Counted from the stretch's first letter, positions 26,575 through 40,726 are shown. The stretch is 64,000 bases of DNA from Basidiobolus meristosporus CBS 931.73 (GCA_002104905.1 MCFE01000099.1:108545-172544), one strand, 5' to 3'. Notes: generated by a model from the letters alone, not told the origin. A program made the numbers and translations.

Positions 26575-27249
26575 GTAGCAACCAAACATATGCTTGCAAG
26601 ATGTATATGTTACCAGCAATACAAGATATATGGCTACTTTGCAAGCATCACACTAAAAAGCTGTAAAGTTGAGGTGATAGAAGTATGTCAATTGTGGCAG
26701 GTGTCAGCAATTGTAGAGGTTAGTAAGCAGGAGGCCATAGTTTTTTTTGATTCAAACTATATGTGGAATACCAACAATAATAGTGGGTAAGCAAACAAAG
26801 AGGGGTGATTCTACAGTGGAATATATGAATTGCTCAAGGGGAGGCAGAAAATGGAAATATCATTTGGTAAATTTGTATGGTAGCATTTTACTGAACTAGC
26901 TGTAGGCTGCCATACTGCAGTAATAATGCCATCAAAGGCTTGCAATGAGGCTGTCAAAACACTGTCAGGTTTTTTGCCTTATAAGGCAATTGGATGTACC
27001 AGCTGGTTAGATCCACTCAAATAGTTGTAAAGTGCACTATGACTGTACCAATGCCATGCCACCCTTGACAGAACATGGTATCAACACCATCATATTTTAT
27101 CAACTTTATTTGGCTGTAAAATTAGCAAAATGCTGATGTGATCCCATCACAAGATTGTGTAGTTGGTCATTAATTCCAAGCTGCAGGTATTATTGCGGTC
27201 TCCTGATGGGTTCTTGATGGCTGATCTGGACTGGGTCCACCTGCAGGAC

Positions 27250-29090
27250 CAAATTATTTCTTGTAGGGAAGTGATTGGGTGAACAAGTGGATTAGGTAGC
27301 TTCACTTAATGATTTAATGAATGTAAAAGTGGTATTTGTGCTTTTACATGATCTTGGCATCATAAGTGCATAAGATAGGTTTAGGAAGGTCTTAAGAACA
27401 TGTGTGCAAAGTGTGGGGCTGTTTGGACAACTTTGAGAGCTTTCATGTTCTGGGTACCAGATATTTTGGCAAAAATATTCTAGGTAAATCCCTGCAAGAA
27501 GTTTGGTCAATATTCTCTAAAATTTGTAGATGGTGATCCTAGTGACTAAGTTGGGTGAAAATTAGGTGGAACCATATACTTTTCAGCAAATTCCATCAGA
27601 CTAACATTGGCTACTGCAGTCAAAAATAGGTTTTTATACATCAAATGGGCATAAAACTGCATTTTTAAATGAAGAACTTGATGTAAACATGTATGTGGAC
27701 CAGCCTGATGGGTTTGTTGACCAGAATAATCCCATCTACTCTGAAAGCTTGAAAAAGTCTATATGGACTCAAGCAATTTCACAGAGCCTGGAACTGCAAT
27801 GTATACTATTATTTGGAATCTTTGAGTTTCAAAAGGAGTGATGCTGACTATAGTATATGCTGTAAGCCAAATAGATCAAGTCCAGTTCTATTAGCTCAAT
27901 ATGTGGATCATCTTATTATAGCCTCCAATAACCTAAAAACAATGGAATAGACTAAATCCAGCCTATCTGAAGAGTTGACAATGTCCAATATAGGAGAACT
28001 CAGTTACTACTTAAGGATTGAATTTGCCATAGGGTTAGGGTTATGGCTAGCTGACTTTCCTTATTGATTGACAGTCAGCAGTCTGCTGTATATCATGTGT
28101 GGAATACATCCAGATATCTCATATTCAATGGGATTTGTCAGCCAGCACAATTGGAACTATGCATTGGATCATATTGCAGCAATGAAGTTGAGTTTTGGAT
28201 ACTTGAAAGGAGCTGCTGATGTCTGTTTGTGTACATCTATAAGGTATCAGAATAAGATACTATGGGATGCTCCAATGCTGATTGAGGACAAAATCTAAAA
28301 AAAAATGGAAGATCCACTATAGGATACACTCTTTTGTACTGAAGCAGAGCAATTTCATGGAAATCAAGAAAGTGACCAACTATAGCACTTTTCACTGGCA
28401 AGGCAGAGCATTCTGCAACCTGTGAGGCTACAGAAGAAGCAATGTGGCTAAGGAAGCTTTCAAATATTAGGTTAGTGTCAAAAGCCCCAACTTCAGTGTT
28501 TCAGGACAATGAAGGATGATTGTTATTAGGTAAAAATTCAACTATTTATGCTGAAAATAAGCATGTAGCTATTGAGCATCATTTTGAGTGGGAAGTTTTA
28601 GAGAACAAATTATTTCACTGAGCTTAATGTCTTACAAATGATATAATTGCAGACACACTTGCTAAATCATTAGCTAGAGACAAGTTTGAGTATCTCAGAT
28701 TATAACTAAGACTAGTTAATATGGATATGTAGTTGAGTGGTTGTGTTGTATATGTTGCAATTACACTTAATTATTTACCTTACATGATCACTTAGAGTAT
28801 TCCCTGCAAATTTTAAAGAGGCCTGACTAAATTTCTGATTTGGATTTATTCAAAATATGTCCACCAAAATATCAGGTACCCAGTACTTGAAATATTTCTA
28901 AGAGGTCTAATTAGTCCCAAGTGTTACACACATATTCTTGAAACCTTCTTAAGCATATTCTACAAGATATTTTGCCACCATCATGGAAGAATTTATATAG
29001 CACTTTTACATTCAATATACCATAAAGTGAAGACCACATAATCACTTGTTCTTCCTATCACTTACAACATCTCCAAAACTCTTACAACCC
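27250..29090. mobile_element. Older copia remnants: diverged LTR (minus, about 27250-27590), RT/RNase H (plus, about 27600-28730), LTR (plus, about 28744-29090)
   Basis: Recognisably homologous to the LTR and pol of the 17734-26574 family, with many stops. Confidence 0.8.
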
Positions 29091-31714
29091 ATTGTATAAT
29101 ATGGGCTTATCCTAGTATCTACTGTTACTTTCCATGGCTGGGATACTTAATTGCACATATGAGTGATTTGTTACAAGCAGGCATGCTTATATGTACCAGC
29201 ACCATTGTGACCAACAGTGCAAAAGTGTGTAAGTTTGTACAACACTGTTGACCACTGCAAATTGATTAGCTCACCCTAGTGTCAACTGATGGAGCAAGTG
29301 TACTAAGCTTGTGCACATACTTAGGCATGAATACACTCTTAGAAAAACAACAACTAAAGGTCTGCAGAGCACTGTAATGTATTAGCAGATTTCCAAGCTT
29401 CTCTAAACTTACAACCATTGATAAATGGGCTCTAGCTATTTTGCAGAAAGAAGACATATTTTCCAGGAGGTGGCTAGGCTAAATAACATTCATGCCAAGC
29501 TGGGTAATAAGTTGCTCACCACTTCCACAAAGATATTCAACTTAAAATTTGAAGGAACAAGACCAGCTAAATGCCAGCAAAATACCATTTGAGTACCAGC
29601 AGATTATTAGATGACTTCCAAGTATGCAATTTTTTATGGAGTATAACTTGACAGTAGTAAACACAAACATGGAGACTTTTACAAAGCTCATATCATTATC
29701 CCAGGTAGCCACCAGCTATAACACCTAGGTCGAACTATAGAATTAGATGGAATGGCCATCATTTCCCACCTTAATTGAATCACTGATTATGATGAAAGCC
29801 GTTGGTGGACAACCTCGAAGAGATGCACTTTCCAGCGGGAGGAATGCTAACTATTCAGACCAAGACCATATACTTTGACTGCAGCAAGTCATGTTGGTAT
29901 GCCTGATTTCACAATGCACTCAAATCCTCCACTATGAAAACCATCTGGGGAGTATCACTATTCAGTAATCTGGACCCAACAAATGTTCATGAGCTCTAAG
30001 CAAGCGGTATTTAGAGAACACTTGGGATATTCATGATGCATAGGAAAGGCATCGTGTGCATATCACCCAAGTGATAGGTGTAGCGCAAATATGAAGTAGT
30101 AGTGGACGGCCGTTTTCCATTGCACTCGTCGCATAGACACAAAGATCAGTTAAAACTGGTGTGAGTGAGGATCTTCTACAGTAGAACTAATGACGCAATA
30201 ACCCCTGCTTTTATAGGTGTGCGCTTTGAGAATGGTGCTAGTAAGGGCTGTGGACGAGGCACCGCATCAGCCGCATCAAACGCCATGCATTTGTCGTAAT
30301 GAAGCCCGCCTGAGACCAAGAGCCAGATGGCATATTTCAAGGCCGGGAATTCCCAGCTTGAGATAGAATGAGGTAAAGGAGCTTGCTCACAACCTGCCAC
30401 CCATCCCGGGGTACTATTCGAGCCCTCGATGTTCGAAACTTAGGATCGTTGGCCTATCTTTCATCCAGCACCGTCATCAGGTGCCGGCGCCCCGTTGAAG
30501 AAACCGATTAGTTTGATTTATCGATCATGCCGCACTTTTCTCGTGGTTTAGTTAACACACACACACGCCGATTCCCCCGGGCCCAGATAGTCATGGAACC
30601 GATTAGGGGATGTGACAAGTTGCAGGTATATATTTAGGGTTAGAGTGGTGGGGACCTATATTTGGTAAGCTTTTTTATGTACAGCACCCGAGCTTTGGAT
30701 TCACTCATTTTAATCATGGCGAAGCGGAAATGAGGTGATTCGGTTGCAGCATGGGACTATCCATCCTATTTGGCAATCAGCGGGTGTTGGCGAGTGTTCT
30801 CTTTCACTGCATGGCGTCAGGCCATTTGCGGACTTTTGCAAGACAAGCCAGCCAAACCAAGCAGCTTCAATAGCATAGGGCGCTTGCAGAACAGCGCATA
30901 GTGAGTGATATGTACGGGTCACCACCGTTGCTGATAGTATCCTCGAGCATAGGGGGTCTGTGTCGCTTCGGAGATGTCGCGTATATGGCCCCATCTGGAT
31001 CGCGCCTCTGGCTACTTACTGCTTTTTGCATAGCAGAGCCCCCGGTCTTCTGAGGTCTGGGCATAAGCTGCTGACTCCGTGCCTGGTGGTTCCGCGGAAA
31101 CTGCTCCATGCAATCCTCCAACGGATGTTAGTCACTATGGGACCTTGACTTATGAATTGTGTGACATTCCCTCAGCCCTGACACACACTTCAACAACATA
31201 TTACTACTTATTTCTGCGTGGAGCAATTTCCCCAATTGTTTTCTATCGTATTTATGTTGTGTGGGTCCTCAAATACCATCCCATCTCTGCAAACTAACCA
31301 TCCTGATGCGACCGAGCCTATATTTGGTGTTATTTATCCAGTGACTGGTATACATATATATATATATGCATAAATGCTATAGTTAACATTGCGTGCATTG
31401 ACTGAAATGGTCATAATTTGACCTTCGAATCACTCTCAATAGGTCTGTTTCATTAACTAGCCAATTCCAGTACTAAATGGAGAAATCAGCTATTTATCGT
31501 TGCCAAAACTAAGGGAGGTTACAAGTTGATGGCAAAATAGGCAGTGCTGCTTCATTATACCATAAACTAGGCATTATCCAAATAATATGTCAACCGCTAC
31601 TTTACATTCATAGCCCTTCCAAAGCGTATTCCTCACCAACTCATTTTCCCTTGCCCATCCAGATCTCTCTACAGGCTACACAATACATCCGGTTGCTACT
31701 CTACTTTTGTCCCG

Positions 31715-32800
31715 ATGAACTTTGGGGATCAACAGCCTGAGTCGCTCGTTGGGGACCCCTCCCTAACGGGTACTGTGGGGCATTACTTCGACATGCGAAC
31801 TGGAGACTTGGTGGACACGCAGTTTCATTTACGGCAGTATTTCGAGGATTTCCAAACTGCTACGCTATCACAAATTGCTATAGAATTTCGGGGACTTCAC
31901 GAACGTCTTGATGGAGTGGAGGAGAGACTTGAAACTGCTCGAATAATGTCTCCGGCCAATGTCCTATCCTCCAAATTGACCACGATCGAAAGCAAGCTGA
32001 ATGACATTTTGAGTCCCTTTCAGAAGGAGCATCAGAACTTGCCAGCTAGCTGCCTCCAAGCCTATGAGACACTAACGCACACACCCACCAGACAACCATT
32101 TAACGGGAATCCCGCCAAGCCCACTTCTGGGCGTAACCCCACCTCAAACACCCTATCAGCCGCTACCCCTGGTATGGTCCTGCTCTGCATGAACTTTGTC
32201 TAGCACGCAGACTCACTGTTTTGCAAATCTTAGTTTCCCAGCTTCCCTCCGAAGAAAGTGCCAAAGTCAAGGTGCTACTGAGGCAATTTGCCGCAAATGC
32301 AATGAATAGTATCGAGAAAAATGCGTTTTCCTTCGCCAATGTCAACAACCATGTCGGAGGTATGCTCCAAATCGGCTTATCTATGGCCATAATCTCATGT
32401 TGATTCCTTGAGAGAAAGCAAAGAAAGTCATTTGTTTCATTTCTTGGTTGATTAAAAACTGACATCTAACACCCGTACTCTCTATCTCTCGTCGCCACTC
32501 CATGTCCCTCAGCTGTGTCCACAATGAAACAATTCGGCATCTATGATTCACCAACTTGGGATAATTTTGTGCAACTCCACTTCCCCCATGTCCTCAAAAG
32601 CGATTTGCGAGATGAATTGGTCAAGATCGTGAGCGTCAAAGTCAAGAACACCAAAGCTAGATACAAAAAGGTAATGTCCGACTGGAATGCGACACTGCAC
32701 GACCATTTGCTTGTGATATTTACCGGACCATCCCAGCGGTTATTAGCCTCGAGGAGCCCGACTGAGCGGCAGGATTCTGAATCGATAGCTGGACTTGATT
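31715..32800 (+). CDS. Spliced hypothetical protein with an N-terminal coiled-coil-like segment; 3' end uncertain
   Basis: Exons 31715-32171, 32234-32359 and 32513-32670 join in frame across GT-AG introns (phase 1, phase 1); a further donor lies at 32671. No family recognised. Confidence 0.7.
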
Positions 32801-34877
32801 CCTAGTTGCAATGCTGATAGTAAGCGAGAGGTCTTTGAAGGCTTTGTGTCGAGCACCAAGTGGACCTCTATCCTTGGATCTAGTATGCCACTCTACTGTA
32901 CCTATCTACCCGCGAATAGCTTTCAACTCGCTCGTCGCGTTTTAAGTGTTTTTAGCTGTCATCACCAATTGGACTTGGTCTAGTTTTTATATCGATATTT
33001 ATAGGGTCTATACTACTATTATCTTTATCGCCCACTTAGCGTTTACCAACCGAAGGTCGCCCCTGGCTTTGGCATAGGTGTAGACTCTATCTACGCACAT
33101 TGATACTTCGCAAGAGCCTCCTTCTCGAAAGCAAACCATGTCTCCCCCAGAATTACGTAATTATGTATATTGAAGAAACTTCCACCATGTGGCAACGGTG
33201 AGATCTTTTCTCAAGCAAGCTCTTCAAATTCAAGGCTCAAGCACCACCGTCCTCGCTTGTCAACACTGATATCCAAGTCAGCTCAAATAAAACATACATT
33301 AAGGCTGTTGTTGTGAATCACCCTCCGTGGATACAATACCCAGTGTCGTTCAACTTGAACTCAACAGATGTGAATACGCGAACGGTGTGAACAGTCTGCG
33401 CGTCTTTTGGCATTTCCTCCGAGTTGCAAACTGGGCCTGCGCTCGGCCGCTAGCCAACAGTGCGCGACCCAAGAGTCAATTCGACTGAATTTTCTCTTCT
33501 CTGCTACTTGGACACCACCACCGTTTGGAAAGCAACCGGGTATTTCGCATGCCAGGACATCATTATGGGATCAGCCACTGTAGTGATCTCATCAGCAATA
33601 ACGTGTCAGGGGAAATGACCGAATGAATATCATCGTATCCCTCCATATAGGATGGCGGAAGCTTGGGAGGATTACCTGCACCAATCAATCCCATCGAATA
33701 TTCTCGAAATTTAATGGCTCCTCACATAGAGATAAATACGTGGCGAGGTACAGCGGAATTCTTCATATTCTCCAAACATATCTTTCTGGCATGAAGATAC
33801 TCACCACGTCAGGAAGATTTGTAGGGAAGATTTCCTGGACATGCTTTATAAGCATCGTCTTAAGAGCTCTCAAAGTTAATAAGATGCTGTAATCTCTTTA
33901 TATAGTAATCTTGGTAGGATTTGAGAACAGTTATTCTCTATAATGTGAATATATTCATGAACGATGCTTGAGGGAGTAATGGTATTCACTTCAGGAAACA
34001 CGGTGGTGCCTGAAGCGCAAGTAGTTCGGGTACTCCAGCCAACTTGTCTAGTCACCTGGACTTGCTGAGACAACGGCCTAATGATTCCCATGGGGATGTG
34101 GATGGAGACCCTCTTGAGGCATATCCCCATACCAGCCATGCAACTTGGTATCTGCCAATCCTTGCTGGGCGCAATCTTCGTAACGTCGAGCTTTGCATGT
34201 CTGGATGCACCAACTGGTCAGGAAGCCAAGGAAGGCATATCAATCCTGAATGCCAGTTAATTCCATAGGAAAAACCCATTCCCGAAGGCCCAATAAAGAG
34301 AATTCAGGGAATGCATCCCGCTCGCTTTATCTCAGATCAAACATGTCGCTCACCCTGAATTCGCTTAATTGACCGTGTCGCAATATGAATGTAATCTAGG
34401 AAGGCATAGATTAATTTCGTCTGGACCATCGCGCGACGAGGGTGCTCGCCAGTTAACAAACAATTGTTTGTCCCTACCAACACGGCAATGCCTGGTCATC
34501 TCGACAGGAAGCGGGGCTTGCAGCAGGAAACCCATTTAGGTCGGTGGTCTTCTCTCCTAGTCACCTGGTTAATTGTTTTCCTTTTGTTTGTCAGGCTTTG
34601 TGACAACATTTGGAACAAAACCACCGATCTAACGATTGAGCGGTCTCCTGCATAGAGTACGCAAGTCAATCGGGCCGGTGCAGACACTACGGTTACTACT
34701 GTACTCCTACCAGGCATGGCAACTTGGTCGGAGATTTCCAGACATCCACCGCGGTTAGCCTATATAAGCCCACTGCTGATGCTGAACTTGCTTGAAAATA
34801 CCTGTAGTTGGTTGACTGGCTATTTTCAACCCTTCCGTGCATCCAGCGTAGAAGCTTCGACCTGAGCCACGAGCAAT

Positions 34878-36566
34878 ATGAAACTCAATTTATCAAAGGG
34901 CGCGAAAAGCGATGACACCCGCATCGAGATCACCCAACTCTCGGTCACCAAGACCAGGGCGGAAAAGGTGAAATCGTTCATCAAGACATTGCTCTCTTTT
35001 CTGGGGCCAGGATATAGTGAGTTCGATACCTGAGTAATATGTCGTGCCCTGAGATTAGCGCTAACCTTGGTGGTGTTTAGTGGTGGCGGTAGGATACATG
35101 GATCCAGGCAATTGGGCCACCGATTTGTCAGGTAACGGAGGATGTATACTGATGGTTGTCTGATGTCAGAGTCTAAACAGTTGCCATTCAAGGCGGCTCG
35201 CAATTCGGCTACTCTCTGCTCTTTGTCATTTTGGTGTCCAACGTCATGGCGGTGGTTCTCCAATCCTTAGCGGTACGCCTTGGGGTTGTAACGGGCTGCG
35301 GTAGGCCATTGAGCTTTTGTTCATAGATCCCATGGGTCCTAAACCATCCTTCCCACAGATCTCGCCCAGGCCTGCAAAAAGTACTATCCGAAGTGGGTCA
35401 ACGTTTGCCTTTACTTCCTCTGTGAGATTGCCATCATCGCATGTGATCTGGCCGAGGTGATCGGCTCGGCCATCGCCTTGCAGATGCTGTTTGGTTTGCC
35501 GTTGCCTTGGGGAGTGGTGATCACCACGTTCGATGTATTTTTAATCCTCCTGGCCAACCGAAGCGACTCGAAGCTTGCTACGCGTTTCTTCGAAGGATTC
35601 ATCTTTCTGCTGGTGATGGGGGTGGGCATTTGTTTCATCATCCAGCTGGTCTACGTCAAACCAGTTCTTTCCCAAGTGATGATGGGATTCCTTCCAACGG
35701 CTGAGATACTTACCAACAGCAAGGAACTGTACGTGGCGATAGGGATCGTGGGGGCTACCGTGATGCCACATAACCTATATCTTCATTCCCATATTGTCAA
35801 GCTGCGCTCCCCCAACTCCAACACTGTCGAACCAGTTAGCAGCCAGAAGGAGTTGAACGAATCTGTCCAGAGTTCACTCATGTTTTCCATAGTTGATTGC
35901 GTCCTCGCGCTCACTTTTGCCTTGTTTGTCAACTCGGCGATTCTGGTGGTGGCTAGCGGGGCGTTCCATTATGGCGCTGGTGAGTCCAAGGTGGAAGTGG
36001 CCGATTTGTTCGATGCCCACCAGCTGCTAACCAAATCCTTGGGGTCGGTGGCTGGTGTGGCCTTCGCCTTGGCGCTGCTACTATCTGGCCAGAGCTCCAC
36101 GATCACCGGGACCATGGCCGGCCAAATCATTATGGAGGGCTTCCTTGGCTTGACTATGCGCCCTTGGTTACGTCGCATCATCACCCGTGGCTTAGCCATT
36201 GTTCCAGCCATGGCAGTGGCGGTATTATTTGGTTCTAAAGGAATGAACCAAGTGCTTATCGGATCGCAAGTGATCCTTAGCCTCCAGCTTCCCTTTGCGG
36301 TCATACCCCTGGTGATGTTTACAAGTAGCAAAAGGGTGATGCGAGTGCCGTATATTGAGAAAAACGAGGAGTTCGAGATCACCACCATCAACAGCGAGGA
36401 GCCTTCCGCATCAACAGCCTTTGACCACGAGCAGATGTTCGACGCAAGTGAAAAGCACTTCGCAAGTAACCTTTTCATGAAGGTCGTCACCTGGCTGATC
36501 GCCTTGATAATCGTGGGGCTAAACGGATTTCTACTTCTTGAAACCGCTAGGGGAGCAACACTATAA
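34878..36566 (+). CDS. NRAMP-family divalent metal (Mn/Fe) transporter, Smf-like
   Basis: [53 protein letters not shown] and [17 protein letters not shown] motifs; three short 5' introns before the long exon covered by ORF 35457..36566. Confidence 0.97.
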
Positions 36567-36898
36567 ACCACCCCTCCTTAACTAAACCAGCCAAAGATTC
36601 GGTCAACCTGGCCGGGACTTTACCGTTGACTTCATGAACTTGACTACACCCAGGTGGTGGTGGACATTTGATGGTTAACTAGCAGCAATGCACAATCTTC
36701 ACTCCAAATGACCAAATAAACTAATATCCTGCACCTATCCGCATTGCTGGAAAATCCATCCAAATCGGCCCATTTATTTCTCGTGGATCTGGAAAGCAAC
36801 ATCGAACTTGGTACATACACCTATGCAAATGAGATGGAGAAGCGTGCGGCTAAGATGGCGTAGCACATTACTGAGTGCTCAAGCCGATGCGTTTGGAA

Positions 36899-38667
36899 CT
36901 AATACGCTGCAGCAACTCCCCGCTTCCTGGAATCCGACGCGGCGTTGTAGTAGCCACTCGGCAATTTGGTCACGGCTTGCACAACACACTGAGTAGTGGC
37001 CAATCTGGTCACGTTATGACCTCGAGATTCCAGGGCTTTGACGTATCTTTCATCGTATTGAGGCTCGACGGTAACCACGTCCGGCATCAACTGGTGGTGA
37101 ACACGGGGTGCAGCCACCGCCTGGTCCACCGATTTGCCGAAATCGTAGATGTTGAGAATCATTTGAACGGTGGCGGTGGTGATGTAACTGCCGCCGCTTG
37201 CGCCGACGGCCAGCGACGGGTATCCATCGGTTTCCACGATGGTGGGCGACATCGAAGAGAGTGGACGCTTGCCAGGTTTGATGAAGTTGGCGGGGGATGG
37301 GAGGTATCCGAATGCGTTGACCAACCCGGGGGTGGAGAAATCGTCCATCTCGTTGTTGAATATGATCCCGGTGTCAGCATCCAGCACCTTCGCGCCAAAT
37401 TCCAGGTTGATGGTGCTGGTCAGGGCGACCGCGCCGCCTTCTTTGTCCATGGCCGACAGGTGGGTGGTACCGGGGGTGTTTTTCTGCTGGTAGCTTGGCT
37501 GGTAGTACTCGACAGGGAATGTCTTGTAGCTGGAAATGTTGCGCCGTCTGAGCGCCCCCTGATCCTTGGACAGCATTTCGGCGATTTTCGCGGTGGTATT
37601 GACGAAAGCCGGATCCCCAAGGTAGGTCCGCTGCGCGTAACCGTACTTGAATGACTCTATGACTCTATGAAGATTCAAGTAATTCAGCTTATCAAGGGCA
37701 AGGTTGTATCCTTCTAGGGTGTTCAATGCTGAAATGACAACCGCCCCGCTTGCTGGGGGAGGGGCGGAGATCACTTTGTGGCCGTGGTAGTAGCCCACTA
37801 GGGGAGGTGTGGACACTGCGCTGTATGCGGCAAGATCCTCCAGCGTGATGATCCCCCCGGCCTTCTGAATGGCGTTCACTATGGTGTTGGCGAGACCTCC
37901 TTTGTAGAATTCATCTGGGCCACGCGTGGCGATAGCTTCTAGTGTGTTTGCATAACGCAGTCTCCTGACCACCTCGCCCGCCTTCAGGACCTTTCCGCGA
38001 GGTGCGTAGATTTCCCGGAAGGAGGTGTTGTTCAGGATCAGCTCCGAATAAGCCTGCAACTTGATGGCAAGCTGCTCCGTAACGGGGAACCCGTTACGCG
38101 ATAGACGGATGGATGGCTCGAACAATTCCTTCCATGCGATGCGGCCATGCTTCTTGTGGGCCAACTCAAACCCTCGGATCTCACCTGGAGTGGCTATGGC
38201 GAGACCTCCCTGCTTGGAGGCCTCGGGCTTGCCTTTGAACATCTCCTCCGCAGAACCAGCCGGCGCGGTCTCTCTGAAATTGATGAAATCTACCGTTCCG
38301 TTGCTAGTACGAATCGTCATGAAGCCGCCACCCCCAATACCCGAAGAAAAGCTATTCACTGTGCCTATGCATAGTGCGGTGGCGATGGCAGCATCCACCG
38401 CATTTCCCTGACTCTTGAGGATCCCCACGCCCACTTCGGAGCATATCTGGGCATCGGCAGCAACTGCGCCATTCTCGCCGGAGGCCAGCTGCACCTTGCC
38501 TATCGTAGGGGCTTCTTTGACTGTAGATGGATGGGTCCACCAAGGAGAGGGCGGTTAGTACGATCATGCATTCATAGGGTGTCAGAAAAGATGCACTTGC
38601 TTGGAGCGGCGGTGGCAGCATGGACCAAGGCGCATGCGACAAGCAACCAGGAGCTGTTGGTATGCAT
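36899..38667 (-). CDS. ggt: Gamma-glutamyltranspeptidase / glutathione hydrolase with a predicted signal peptide
   Basis: GNAVDAAIATALCIG..SSGIGGGGF, catalytic TTHLS, FNNEMDDFS, PGKRPLSSMSP and GASGGS motifs. A 67-bp first exon (MHTNSSWLLVACALVHAATAAP) joins in frame through an 80-bp GC-AG intron at 38521-38600. Confidence 0.96.
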
Positions 38668-39721
38668 AACAGAGGCTAGAAAGACTGAATGATAGTAAAC
38701 GGAGGCCGGTGGCGGTCGATTTATATGTGAATGGGCTAGGTGTAACGATGATATGGGTTGGATGACTCAAGCCGATACCACCAACCACTTCCTCAGCATT
38801 ATGCTCCCGCCGCCATTGGCTTACCAGGGAATAAATCAACTTGAAACCTTGGAAATGCAGCACCTAATTGATCATCATTGGAAAGGATTGCGATAGTGGC
38901 CGAGAAAATGGCGAGGACTCGATGTAAACATAAGACCAAACGGTGGTGCGGCATGGTCGCACAGTTGGAAGCGTACAAACACAGCAAATAAGCTTCTACT
39001 TGATAGTTTACCAGCCACAGCCTGGATATTGATGCGAAACTTCTGAGTATTGGGGCAGATCTGCATCCGGGGCGTCATGTGAACCGGATAGAGCAGCAGG
39101 AAATCGATGCTCGACTTGGTCGACAAGAAGGTAGCATGCGCAACCTTTCGGCTCGTGGCACCATGCAACTTAATGCAGGAAAGTTGTCATTTGAGCTTCG
39201 GTTTGGGTGGAGCAGAACGTCCAGCTAAGCAGCTGGTTTTCCTTAGACAGTAGCCCTTAATCTAAGTCGTCATCCGAAAAGCTTACCCGGTCCTCCAATC
39301 GATTGGCACGAATCCTTTTTGTACTCTTAACTAGATGGAACTGAGACATTCAGGTGCCCATCCATTTGGCTCTTAGCAGGGTGATCAACTGATCACTAAT
39401 TATCCTTCCACACAATCATTCGTTTTACCTTGTCATAATCCTGGGTTGTGGGAATCTGAATACGCCCTCACTGCCAGCAATCCCCCACATCTGAATCACG
39501 CATTGAAGAGTTCACATTAACCACCAACCCGAACCCGCTCGTGATTATTTCATCAGATCTGGTTCCTAGCCGGAGTCCTGGGGGAGGCCCTGGCCCTGAC
39601 CCTGGGCCTGACCCGAACCCACGATCCGCTCTGCCCCGCCTCACCAACCATTTCACTAGACCAAGACGGCTCGTCGACAATCTACTCAAGTTTATTCGGC
39701 TATGATAGGTGGTGGAGAGAA

Positions 39722-40093
39722 CTACAAAGAGCCTTGCATGTTTTGTGACTCGCGTTGGACACGAGAGATATAGGCGCGGGACACGGTATTCCACGCCTCC
39801 ATGTAGCGGTCCATGCACTTGGAGATGCAGGCTTGCTCCCCGCTATCGAGACGAGAGCCAGGCTTGGGGACGCACTTGGCGAAGCATTTGTCGTTCATTT
39901 TCTATCGAGTAAAAGGGTGGTGAGTGACCAGAGAAGTGGAAAGAAACAACCTCCCGAGGTTCGAGGGCCTCCTTACGTTGATGAGCTCTTGTGCGTTGGC
40001 CAAGGCCAGCTCGCTTCTGACCTGGTCAATGACCTGTTGCTTCTTTCCCGAGCCGCTGGAAGGGATGGAAAAATCGTTCGCGTATTCGCTCAT
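39722..40093 (-). CDS. TIM13: Mitochondrial intermembrane small Tim chaperone Tim13
   Basis: Two exons (40093-39977, 39901-39722) give 98 aa: [60 protein letters not shown], with the twin CX3C motif. Confidence 0.96.
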
Positions 40094-40726
40094 GTCGTGG
40101 TTATGTGTGCGTGGGTGGGTGGGCGGTCGGGTTTGGAGGATGTAAACCTTGATCGTACGGAGGCGCAATTTTCTGGGACCATTTATAACAGCCACGTACC
40201 TACCCCGATTTTACAGCGCCCATCCTCACCCTCACCCTCACCCTCCCCCATTTAATGGAATAACTTGACTGACAAGCAAAAATTTTCCTTGATTCAATCG
40301 TGGATTGTAGGGTAGATCTTTAAGATGAGGAAAATCAAGCTAATGACGTCGAATCCGTGTCTTTTCGTAGGCTCATGTCCATTGGCAAGTGGTGGAAAAG
40401 TATCCCCGGTTTCAGCGTGGCACATTTGCCGAGGAAAACTCGAGACTCCGTATGCGGTGATGATGATTGAGGCCGAGTGAGGTTGGCAAGATGCAGTGAC
40501 ATGGAGGTATATCACGAAACAAGTAACCATTCGACCTCACCACACCATCGGCCCCGACCTCTTGGCCGGCAGTGTCCTCACCCACGCAGAGCGCAAGGTT
40601 TTTTTTTTGGAATTCCCCTCTGGGCTCGTACACAGGATGGACAGGTGCTGGCCGCTCGAGGAGCATGCTGATTAGAGAATAATGCGGGGGATAGAACCAA
40701 ACGGGAAACTCCCTGGATGTAACCAA

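Larger units (their letters stand above)
9960..27150 (+). mobile_element. CACTA/En-Spm element (plus-strand copy) split by nested LTR retrotransposons; host segments about 9960-10682, 16200-17733 and 26575-27150
   Basis: N-terminal Cys/His region (9966..10412) and YDPV..ACVKSFTAF near 10600. Transposase_21-like ALDG..SCWPLILINLNLPP..QNLIVVSLVSGPKSPPNLNSYLNPLLDE at 16215-16400. MAEVV|ATKHMLARC joins across the copia insertion. Confidence 0.7.

Noticed and set aside
1-29700. Classical RIP as the cause of transposon decay
   Set aside because: The missing dinucleotide is CG while CA and TG are abundant, the opposite of CpA>TpA RIP.
33876-34139. HExxH motif (VHEYIH) in a short minus-strand ORF suggesting a zinc metalloprotease
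   Set aside because: No supporting context or coherent exon chain could be built, and a 5-residue motif can arise by chance. The region 33.0-34.4 kb may be a pseudogene.
34878-38667. NRAMP plus GGT as a metal/glutathione gene cluster
   Set aside because: Only two convergent housekeeping-type genes, with unrelated neighbours (TIM13, RasGEF); no evidence of co-regulation in the sequence.
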